From positions 7,200-71,199 of the forward strand of contig VXTZ01000026.1 of assembly GCA_009837205.1 (NCBI GenBank): 64,000 bases of DNA, read 5' to 3'. The stretch's first letter is position 1. Every line of letters starts with the position of its first letter. This stretch comes from Candidatus Dadabacteria bacterium (GTDB taxonomy: Bacteria; Desulfobacterota_D; UBA1144; Nemesobacterales; Nemesobacteraceae). Shown in pieces: positions 19,376 through 26,592 of this stretch. Position numbers and translations under genes: made by a program. The notes under the pieces are model-generated. The model was not told the DNA's origin. It saw only the letters and a program-made list of their open reading frames with translations, and did not search any database.

Positions 19376-20308
19376 ATGGGCAGACCCGAATTCGGAGTAA
19401 TGCTGAGACAGCAAAAAATAGATTTTGAAGACATAAAGGCTGCGGCGCAGTTATGCGACTCGACCGGATATGATTCCGTTTGGTTCTACGATCACGTTCT
19501 AGGTCAGGGAATAATCGGTATCGACATCTATGAACCCTGGACTCTAATGTCCGCACTCTCGACAGTAACGGAGAACGTTAAGCTCGGAACGATGGTGCTC
19601 TGCAACCCATTCAGGTACCCTCCCCTGCTCGCCAAGATGGCTTCAACGCTTGACGTGATAAGCAACGGACGCTTGGAATTCGCAATAGGAGCCGGGTGGT
19701 TTGAAGAGGAATTTCGCGCTTACGGATATCCCTTCCCCTCAACGAAAGAAAGGATAGAGATGCTGAGAGAAGCGGTCACGATACTCAAACTGATGTGGGC
19801 GGATGAAACCGCCTCTTTTGTCGGCAAACATTACAAAGTGGAAAACGCGTTTTGCAACCCCAAGCCCGTTCAGCGTCCCAGCATTCCAGTATGCATCGGA
19901 GGTTCCGGAGAAAGATTTCTCTTAAGAGCAGTGGCAGAACTCGCCGATGAATGGAACTGTCCCGCGACAAGCGCAATTGAATTCGACCGCAAGTACTCAA
20001 TACTCCGCAGGCACTGCGAGGAAATCGGGAGAGAGATAGAAGATATAACGATATCTCAGCAGACCGTCTGCGTTCTGGTTGAGGACAGAAAAGATCTCCC
20101 CGAAAAACTCGAAAAGGCCCAGAGACGCTACGGGTTCTTCGGAGACATAGAAAAACTCGGGATCGTGGGAACTCCCGAAGACTGTGTAGGGAAGATCAAC
20201 GCGGATCTGGAGAAGGGAATATCCAAATACACGATTTTCTTCTCTGACGTGATGAATCCCAAGACCATAGAGCTTTTCGCAAAGGAAGTAATACCCGAAT
20301 TCAGATAA
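19376..20308 (+). CDS. LLM-class (luciferase-like) flavin/F420-dependent oxidoreductase
   Basis: TIM-barrel LLM signature (DSVWFYDH...LGTMVL...GRLEFAIGAGW), ~310 aa. Confidence 0.7.
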   Translation: MGRPEFGVMLRQQKIDFEDIKAAAQLCDSTGYDSVWFYDHVLGQGIIGIDIYEPWTLMSALSTVTENVKLGTMVLCNPFRYPPLLAKMASTLDVISNGRLEFAIGAGWFEEEFRAYGYPFPSTKERIEMLREAVTILKLMWADETASFVGKHYKVENAFCNPKPVQRPSIPVCIGGSGERFLLRAVAELADEWNCPATSAIEFDRKYSILRRHCEEIGREIEDITISQQTVCVLVEDRKDLPEKLEKAQRRYGFFGDIEKLGIVGTPEDCVGKINADLEKGISKYTIFFSDVMNPKTIELFAKEVIPEFR

Positions 20309-20365
20309 AGACAATTTATTGCAGTTCTTCATTAATTTGCAAACACTCCTGCGTAATCTGTTTCT

Positions 20366-20392
20366 TTCGAACTTCTGCCATTGAAGTTTGAA
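20366..20392 (+). promoter_or_regulatory. imperfect inverted repeat TTCGAACTTC-N7-GAAGTTTGAA upstream of the metal operon
   Basis: 9 of 10 arm positions are complementary. A TATAAT hexamer lies at 20409..20414 and a TTTGAA -35-like hexamer overlaps the right arm. Confidence 0.3.
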
Positions 20393-20429
20393 AGAAAAGT
20401 GAATAGTTTATAATTAGGACGTGAGCACT

Positions 20430-20771
20430 ATGAAGACAGCATTTCTACTGGCAACATGCATCGCATTGTTTCTTACCGGCGGCATTGCGAACGCCCTCTC
20501 CACATGTCCAATGAACATGGACGAGGCTTCCGCCGAAATGCAGATGGACGCCGACATGGACATGCCTTGCCATGAAACAAAAGATTCGGAAGATCGAAGC
20601 TCCGACCAGTGCGATGGCTGTGATTGCCAGCACTGCGTCCAGATAAACGCGCTGCCGGTTGAAGAGTTAAAGAATCATCATGGGGAAACTGCCGTTGGAA
20701 TTCTTGCCGGTCAGCTCCTGTCCTCCCGCCAGATCGAAACCCTTTTCCGACCTCCAAAACACATCTCCTGA
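20430..20771 (+). CDS. small exported Met/Asp/Cys-rich protein (putative periplasmic metal-binding peptide)
   Basis: Signal peptide MKTAFLLATCIALFLTGGIANA, then MNMDEASAEMQMDADMDMPCHE and CDGCDCQHC. The C-terminus ends FRPPKHIS. First gene of a 4-gene same-strand cluster. Confidence 0.5.
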   Translation: MKTAFLLATCIALFLTGGIANALSTCPMNMDEASAEMQMDADMDMPCHETKDSEDRSSDQCDGCDCQHCVQINALPVEELKNHHGETAVGILAGQLLSSRQIETLFRPPKHIS

Positions 20772-20849
20772 GAAAATTGCGCACACCTGCGCGCTATAAG
20801 CGGCTTCGCTTCGGCGTCGCCAAGCCATAATTGATACTCAGGAGGAAAC

Positions 20850-21497
20850 ATGAAATTAACAGTTTTCACTTTATGTTGCGTGATCCTGATGGGATACGCC
20901 CCTCAGTCACTGTCTCGTCCGGTCTCATATCCGGGCGGCTGGACGGTTATGCAGAAAAACGACAAGAACGCGCATTCTCTTCACGTTCATTATTCGCCGA
21001 CGGCTAAGTATTCAATAGGATACAGGACCGAATACTGGCGCGAGGAGGAGTGGCAGTTCCACGGTGCACAGTTTAACTATCTGGTAAAGCGCCATAATGC
21101 GTCGGACTCACAGGCAAACTTTTATCTTAAAAGCGGTCTTGGCATGGCCTACGGTGATCTTGGAGTGCCCGACGGCGAACCCCAGCCTGCCGTCTTTGCC
21201 GATATCGCCCTTGACTGGGAAACTCGACGGTACTTTACGAGTTATGAGAACCGCGTCTACTACGCCGAAGACATAGCGAAGTTCTTCAGGCAGAAAGCGC
21301 GGGTGGGAATCGCTCCTTATCTCGGGGACTACGGCGATATCCACACTTGGCTCATGCTACAAGTTGACCACATCACGGGAGAGAGAGATAACATCTCGTT
21401 TACACCTTTTGTACGGTTTTTTAAGAACGAGTATCTCGCTGAAGTCGGAATCAGCGACAAAGGTGGGATTTTGTTCAATTTAATAATAAGATTTTAA
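20850..21497 (+). CDS. putative small outer-membrane beta-barrel protein
   Basis: Signal peptide, alternating hydrophobic/polar strand pattern with aromatic girdle residues, and a C-terminal ...LIIRF (terminal Phe). AGGAGG RBS at 20840..20845. Confidence 0.45.
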   Translation: MKLTVFTLCCVILMGYAPQSLSRPVSYPGGWTVMQKNDKNAHSLHVHYSPTAKYSIGYRTEYWREEEWQFHGAQFNYLVKRHNASDSQANFYLKSGLGMAYGDLGVPDGEPQPAVFADIALDWETRRYFTSYENRVYYAEDIAKFFRQKARVGIAPYLGDYGDIHTWLMLQVDHITGERDNISFTPFVRFFKNEYLAEVGISDKGGILFNLIIRF

Positions 21498-21507
21498 GGA
21501 GAAAACT

Positions 21508-21891
21508 ATGAAAATATCAATCACAGCGATTTTTCTTATGACACTTTTTTTCGCGTTCCCAAGCCTTGCGCAACATGGAGAACACGAACATAACCATGAA
21601 GGTCAGGTGGTGGAGCCCTCTGCCGTTTCAAACGACATGGGAAACGCCGCCTGTGAAGACACCGTCAATATCAAGGTCAGCGGACTTGTATGCGATTTCT
21701 GCGCCCGTTCCCTGGAAAAAGTCTTCCTAAAACGCGGCGATGTTGCCGGGATCAAGGTTGATCTTGGCAAAGGCTCCGTAGTGGTTGCCATGAAACCCGG
21801 ATTGACCGTTGACGATGCAACGCTTACGAAGCTTATCACGGACTCCGGGTACAACGTGAGTGCCATTCAGAGGGGGTGCGAACATGGATAA
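21508..21891 (+). CDS. exported heavy-metal-associated (HMA) domain protein, MerP/CopZ-like, with His-rich N-terminus
   Basis: Signal peptide ...PSLA/QH, then QHGEHEHNHEG. The beta-alpha-beta-beta-alpha-beta HMA core has GLVCDFC in the metal loop, and the C-terminus is RGCEHG. Confidence 0.7.
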   Translation: MKISITAIFLMTLFFAFPSLAQHGEHEHNHEGQVVEPSAVSNDMGNAACEDTVNIKVSGLVCDFCARSLEKVFLKRGDVAGIKVDLGKGSVVVAMKPGLTVDDATLTKLITDSGYNVSAIQRGCEHG

Positions 21892-22279
21892 CACAAATTC
21901 CGGGTATGGAGTGAAGCAAACGCTTCTCCCCTCGCTCAGTCTGCTTACGTCCGCTGGAACACTGGTGTGCTGCGCCCTTCCCGCATTATTAGTGACGATC
22001 GGCGCCGGCGCCGTTCTGGCGGGAATCGTAGGAACCGCACCCTGGCTGATTGCGTTGTCAGAATACAAAGTCTGGACGTTCGGAATCTCAGGCGCAATGC
22101 TTCTAATCGCCGGATTCGCGCTCTGGAATTCCAGAAACGCTCCCTGCCCGATTGACCCGGCGAAGGCAATGGCATGTGCCAGATTACGAAAGACAAGCAA
22201 CTGGATATACCTGTTATCCGTGCTTCTATGGTGCGTGGGCTTTTTCTTCGCTTTTCTCGCCGTGAGAGTCTTTTACTGA
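21884..22279 (+). CDS. MerT/MerC-like membrane transporter (CC motif in TM1)
   Basis: TM1 GTLVCCALPALLVTIGAG matches the Mer-transporter CC-x2-P pattern. A second Cys pair follows at APCP...MACA, with 3-4 predicted TM segments. ATG at 21884 overlaps the HMA gene stop by 8 nt. Confidence 0.55.
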   Translation: MDNTNSGYGVKQTLLPSLSLLTSAGTLVCCALPALLVTIGAGAVLAGIVGTAPWLIALSEYKVWTFGISGAMLLIAGFALWNSRNAPCPIDPAKAMACARLRKTSNWIYLLSVLLWCVGFFFAFLAVRVFY

Positions 22280-22308
22280 TTTCTTTCGGATAGTCAGATT
22301 AGGGAAAT

Positions 22309-22324
22309 GCCGGGGAAACCCGGC
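22309..22324. terminator. GC hairpin GCCGGG-GAAA-CCCGGC between convergent genes
   Basis: Perfect 6-bp stem with a GAAA tetraloop, located between the + strand metal operon and the - strand GldC-like gene. The flanking T-run is weak. Confidence 0.35.
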
Positions 22325-22359
22325 GTTCCCCTAGCCTGCAGGGTACCAAAGGGTGTTGG

Positions 22360-22710
22360 TCAGGAATCTTTCTGACCTCCGAAAGACTCAAGGACCATCT
22401 CGGCAAACTCGCCCGCGAATTCTCTCATTCTGTTCGATATCTGCTTCTCGGAGGTAGCCCTTTCATATGTGTCGGCCATTTTCATCATCGTATAGTAAAA
22501 ATGATAGTTCATCTCCCCCACTTCCATTTTCTTTGTCCAAAGATCTATTACAAGAGATTCCTTCTTCTCGGCATCCCACATGGAGAGAAAAGCCGCCTCG
22601 CAGCGCTTCTCTCCCGGTTCCTCAGATTGGGAAGCCTCCCAGAAAAGCCCCTCGGGAACATTGTCGTCCCCTAACACTACCTTAAGCTTGATTTCGGCGT
22701 CTTTGGACAT
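22360..22710 (-). CDS. GldC-family protein (gliding-motility-associated GldC-like)
   Basis: From memory of Flavobacterium GldC: the blocks EIKLKVVLGDDNVPE, FLSMWDAEKKESLVIDLWTKKMEVGEM and MADTYERAT line up. ATG at 22710 has GGAG upstream. Confidence 0.55.
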   Translation of the reverse strand: MSKDAEIKLKVVLGDDNVPEGLFWEASQSEEPGEKRCEAAFLSMWDAEKKESLVIDLWTKKMEVGEMNYHFYYTMMKMADTYERATSEKQISNRMREFAGEFAEMVLESFGGQKDS

Positions 22711-22842
22711 GGAAAACTCCTTAGAAGATTTTTTATGAAAAACGGGGAAATCCCGCACGGAAATTATATCCGGTTTCAAGCAAAGCGTCTTAAGGCATAT
22801 TCTGCATCGCCCATTTAACGCGCAATGAAAGGAAAGAAGGAA

Positions 22843-22992
22843 TTACCAGGGAAGTTTGCCCATCAATGGGGCTATCTTGGTGCCGAAAAGTGCTACGGTG
22901 GCCACTATACCTATAAAAGCCGCGATACCAATAGCCACTTTCACAGTGAAAAGCAGAACTATTTTGTCAAGCTGCTCAGGAGTAAGTCTCAT
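22843..22992 (-). CDS. 49-aa single-TM protein translationally coupled to actF (possible extra ACIII subunit)
   Basis: The ATG at 22992 lies 1 nt after the actF TAA stop. A strong AAGGAGGAGG RBS sits inside the actF 3' end, with one hydrophobic helix (VAIGIAAFIGIVATVALF). Confidence 0.5.
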   Translation of the reverse strand: MRLTPEQLDKIVLLFTVKVAIGIAAFIGIVATVALFGTKIAPLMGKLPW

Positions 22993-22993
22993 C

Positions 22994-24172
22994 TTAATGT
23001 CCTCCTCCTTTTGACTTGCCGTCAAAGTACGGGTCACCGAAAGGTATTACCGGGAACCTGTTTATAAACAGAAGAAAAGTCGCCACAAATCCCGCAAGAA
23101 AACCGAGAGTGATCAGGAAGTGATTGATACTGAAAACCAACTCGTTGGTAAGCGAAGGGATAACCAGCAGGAATTTGTCCATCCAGAGACCCGAGAAAGA
23201 AACCGTAGCGATAAAGACGACTATGGGCGTAACTATCTTGTGCGTGCGGGGCAACAGGGAAACAAAAGGAAATATGAAGCAGCAGGTGAGGATAGCCCAC
23301 GCAAGCGAGCGGAAAGGCTCATCCACCACCCTTTTTATCACAAACCCGGTCTCTTCGGGCATGTTCGCGTACCAGATCGTAAGAAGCTGGGAGAACATGA
23401 GGTAAACCCAGAAAAGAGAAAAGCCTTGGAGTATCTTTCCCATGTCCCAGTAATGATTAACGGAAAGGTAGTCGTCAAGTCCCAGGTAACGCTTGAGGGG
23501 GACCGAAAGTATTATCGTCGCTCCTATGGCCGCTATGAGGCTCCCAATAAAATAGTAGGGTCCGAAAAGCGTGCTGAACCAGTGAGGATCAAGCGACATC
23601 ATGAAATCCCAGGCGAAAAGGGAAAAAACAAGAGCGTAGACCCCGATTACGGCAGGAGCCAACTTCTTTAACCTGACGATCCTCTCCTTGCCGTTTAGGT
23701 CCTGTTCAATTGAGGTTTTGAGGTAGAAGTAGTTCAGAACGAGAAGGATCGAGAAACCTATCACGTTTCTCGCCATTACGAAGTTCATATTAAGCCATAT
23801 GTCCTTGGGACTGTGGTAGTGATGATGCGCATAAGGAAGGACAAATTCCTGTCCGATGAAAAGAACCAGCAGGAGCACTAAGGAGACTAAAGTGAAGCTC
23901 GCAAAACCCTCGCTTATGCGAAGAAGCCCCCTGCCCCACCTGGCGTTGGTTATCCTCAGTATGCAGGAGAACACAAGCCCGCCCTGGGCAACCCCCGTCC
24001 AGAAAAGGAAATTCACCAGGAAAAGCTGCCAGACCTCCTCGGCCCTCTCCCCCCTGGCGTTAATTACAAAAGCCACTACACCCACAGCCGCCAGAGCGAG
24101 GAAAACCTTGAATACCCAGCCGGGTATCTGGTTTCTTTTAGCGAGTATCTCTTGGCTTATGGACTGATCCAT
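22994..24172 (-). CDS. actF: Alternative Complex III subunit ActF (NrfD-like membrane subunit)
   Basis: Polytopic NrfD/PsrC-like membrane protein, the second such subunit in the operon, placed after actE as in canonical ACIII. Confidence 0.75.
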   Translation of the reverse strand: MDQSISQEILAKRNQIPGWVFKVFLALAAVGVVAFVINARGERAEEVWQLFLVNFLFWTGVAQGGLVFSCILRITNARWGRGLLRISEGFASFTLVSLVLLLVLFIGQEFVLPYAHHHYHSPKDIWLNMNFVMARNVIGFSILLVLNYFYLKTSIEQDLNGKERIVRLKKLAPAVIGVYALVFSLFAWDFMMSLDPHWFSTLFGPYYFIGSLIAAIGATIILSVPLKRYLGLDDYLSVNHYWDMGKILQGFSLFWVYLMFSQLLTIWYANMPEETGFVIKRVVDEPFRSLAWAILTCCFIFPFVSLLPRTHKIVTPIVVFIATVSFSGLWMDKFLLVIPSLTNELVFSINHFLITLGFLAGFVATFLLFINRFPVIPFGDPYFDGKSKGGGH

Positions 24173-24176
24173 CGTT

Positions 24177-24761
24177 CTACTGACTCTCCTTGACAGAGCC
24201 CGGGTTCTGAAGCTTCCTCAAGTAATTGACCACGTGCCATGCGTCCTGCTCCGATATGTTCTCGCTGTAAGAAGGCATCATCACCTTGCCCCCGTAACGT
24301 ATATAGGCATAGATGTAACCGTCGGTTCTCTGCGCCACGGTCGGCGTGGTAAGGTTAACCGGGTAAAAACCGAGCCCTTTCTTTATTATGATTCCGTCTC
24401 CCAATCCCCCGGGGCCGTGACACACGGCGCATTGCTCTTTGTAAACTTTCGCTCCCCTGGCTACCGACTCACCGCTTCCGGGAACCGGTCCCTTTTTTAT
24501 CTGCTCGACCTTGCCCCTGTCTTCAAGCTTTGTTTGCTTCCCGTCGGTGGAAATCGAATTGCGCGGAAAAAGCACGGGCTCTTCGTAGGGCTGAATCGAG
24601 TCCTGAGACCACATGTCCCACGACCACGGAAGCGAGTGGGCAGAGGAAATGGAAAGCGCGACCGCAAAAGCAACGGCGGTACATACTTTTAATCCCCCGA
24701 GGAAGTTAATATCCCAAACTCCCCCTAGAACTGTCCGAAAAAACTTTTTATGCCTCATCAA
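24177..24761 (-). CDS. actE: Alternative Complex III subunit ActE (monoheme cytochrome c)
   Basis: Single CAVCHG heme-binding site and an N-terminal membrane anchor/signal. Confidence 0.75.
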   Translation of the reverse strand: MMRHKKFFRTVLGGVWDINFLGGLKVCTAVAFAVALSISSAHSLPWSWDMWSQDSIQPYEEPVLFPRNSISTDGKQTKLEDRGKVEQIKKGPVPGSGESVARGAKVYKEQCAVCHGPGGLGDGIIIKKGLGFYPVNLTTPTVAQRTDGYIYAYIRYGGKVMMPSYSENISEQDAWHVVNYLRKLQNPGSVKESQ

Positions 24762-25254
24762 ACTTGATTTCTTCAGCTCCCGTAGAATTTAATATCGCTT
24801 CAACCGCACCTATATTTTCCTTCTCACATATAACGGCGACCCCGAACTTGTCATCCGAAAAACGCTCGTCATAAAGCCTCACCGGGGTTCTCTGTCTTAT
24901 AAGGGAATTCACTATCAGCCCCAAAAAGGTTGAAAGCGCGCCGAAAAGCACCGTAAGCTCAAAAACGATGACCATGTAGGGAATTATCGAAACTATGGGC
25001 TTGGCGCTCACCGCTATCGGCCAGGAGCTTGAAGTAAGAACCGTAAAACCGATTCCGCAGGTCGCCCCCAGCAGACCTCCGAAGAGGGTAAAAAACCGCA
25101 CGGGGCTCTCAGGCAGATCAACCGCCGCCTCAATTTCATGGTCCGGAAACGGGGAGAACACCCTCATGTTGCGGTAACCCGCTTCCTTGAGCTTGCCAAT
25201 GGCTTCAAGAACCGAATCCTGATACGAGTAAATTCCGATTACGCCCTGATCCAT
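24748..25254 (-). CDS. actD: Alternative Complex III subunit ActD (DUF3341-type)
   Basis: ~170 aa with a soluble N-terminal domain and two TM helices. Position between actC and actE matches ACIII. Confidence 0.75.
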   Translation of the reverse strand: MDQGVIGIYSYQDSVLEAIGKLKEAGYRNMRVFSPFPDHEIEAAVDLPESPVRFFTLFGGLLGATCGIGFTVLTSSSWPIAVSAKPIVSIIPYMVIVFELTVLFGALSTFLGLIVNSLIRQRTPVRLYDERFSDDKFGVAVICEKENIGAVEAILNSTGAEEIKFDEA

Positions 25255-25260
25255 TTCCTG

Positions 25261-26592
25261 CTAACCTCCCTTCTTCGGCACCGGAAGTATCTCCTTCATC
25301 TCCGCTATGGAAACTGCCGGAAGAGTTTTCACAAACAGTAAGAAGAACATGAAGAACCACGCGAAACTTCCGATCGTTATGCCGGCCTCGACAAACGATA
25401 TCTTGTATATGCCCCACGCGCCGGGCTCAAAATCTCTTGAAAGCGATATCACGATGATATTGAACCGCTCGAACCACATCCCTACGTTTATCAGTATGGA
25501 AATGGCGAAAAGCGCCTTTATGTTTTTTCTAACCTTCTCCCACCAAAACGCTATCGGAACAACGCAGTTGCACACCACCATCGTCCAGTAGAAAAACGCG
25601 TACTCTCCAGTCATCCTGTACACAAACTGTCCCCATTCATAAGGACTTCCACTGTACCACGCCATGAAAAGTTCCGCCGCGTACGCGTAGGTGACTATGC
25701 AGGAGGTCAGAATTATGAGCTTCGCCATGCCGTCGTAGTTATCAAGCGTTATGTAGTCCTCGAGGTGGAAAATCTTCCTTATAGGGATGGTAAGCGTGAT
25801 AACCATCGCCAGTCCCGAGAAAATGGCTCCCGCAACGAAGTACGGGGGGAATATGGTTGTGTGCCATCCGGGAACGTTACCCATCGCGAAGTCCCAGGAC
25901 ACGACGCTGTGAACTGAGAGAACAAGCGGCGTGGCGAGAGCCGCGAAATAAAGATACGCCCTCGTGTAGTGAAGCCACTCCTTGTTTGAACCCTTCCATC
26001 CGAAGGAGAGAATCGAGTATATGATCTTTCTCGGAACTTCCTTCACCTTGTCCCTTATCGCCGCTATATCGGGAATCATTCCGACCACGAAAAACACCGA
26101 ACTCACCGTAAGATAAGTACCCACCGCGAACACGTCCCACACAAGCGGGGACTTGAAGTTTATCCACAGCTCCCTTGAATTCGGATATGGTATGAGCCAC
26201 AGGAAGTTCCATGGTCTTCCGAGGTGGATTATGGGGAAAAGTCCCGCCGTGAGAACCGCGAAGACCGTCATGGCCTCGGCGATTCTGTATATGGACATCC
26301 TGAACCTTGCGCGGAACAGATAAAGTATGGCCGAGATAAGGGTTCCCGAGTGCGCTATTCCAACCCAGAAAACAAAATCGGTTATGTAGACTCCCCAGAA
26401 AACCGGGTGACGATAGCCGGCAACTCCAAGTCCCGTAGCCACCTGATAGAAAAAGCACGTGACGCCGAGTCCCACGAGCGCCACCGTGGGAAGAAAAAGC
26501 GCCCACCATTTCGCAGACGGCTTGTCGACCATCCTGACTACATCTTCAGTTATTCTCGCGTAAGTTAAAGGTGTCTGCTGCGTCTGGCTCAT
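25261..26592 (-). CDS. actC: Alternative Complex III subunit ActC (NrfD-like quinol-interacting membrane subunit)
   Basis: ~440-aa polytopic NrfD/PsrC-family protein immediately after actB, with a 1-nt overlap. Confidence 0.85.
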   Translation of the reverse strand: MSQTQQTPLTYARITEDVVRMVDKPSAKWWALFLPTVALVGLGVTCFFYQVATGLGVAGYRHPVFWGVYITDFVFWVGIAHSGTLISAILYLFRARFRMSIYRIAEAMTVFAVLTAGLFPIIHLGRPWNFLWLIPYPNSRELWINFKSPLVWDVFAVGTYLTVSSVFFVVGMIPDIAAIRDKVKEVPRKIIYSILSFGWKGSNKEWLHYTRAYLYFAALATPLVLSVHSVVSWDFAMGNVPGWHTTIFPPYFVAGAIFSGLAMVITLTIPIRKIFHLEDYITLDNYDGMAKLIILTSCIVTYAYAAELFMAWYSGSPYEWGQFVYRMTGEYAFFYWTMVVCNCVVPIAFWWEKVRKNIKALFAISILINVGMWFERFNIIVISLSRDFEPGAWGIYKISFVEAGITIGSFAWFFMFFLLFVKTLPAVSIAEMKEILPVPKKGG

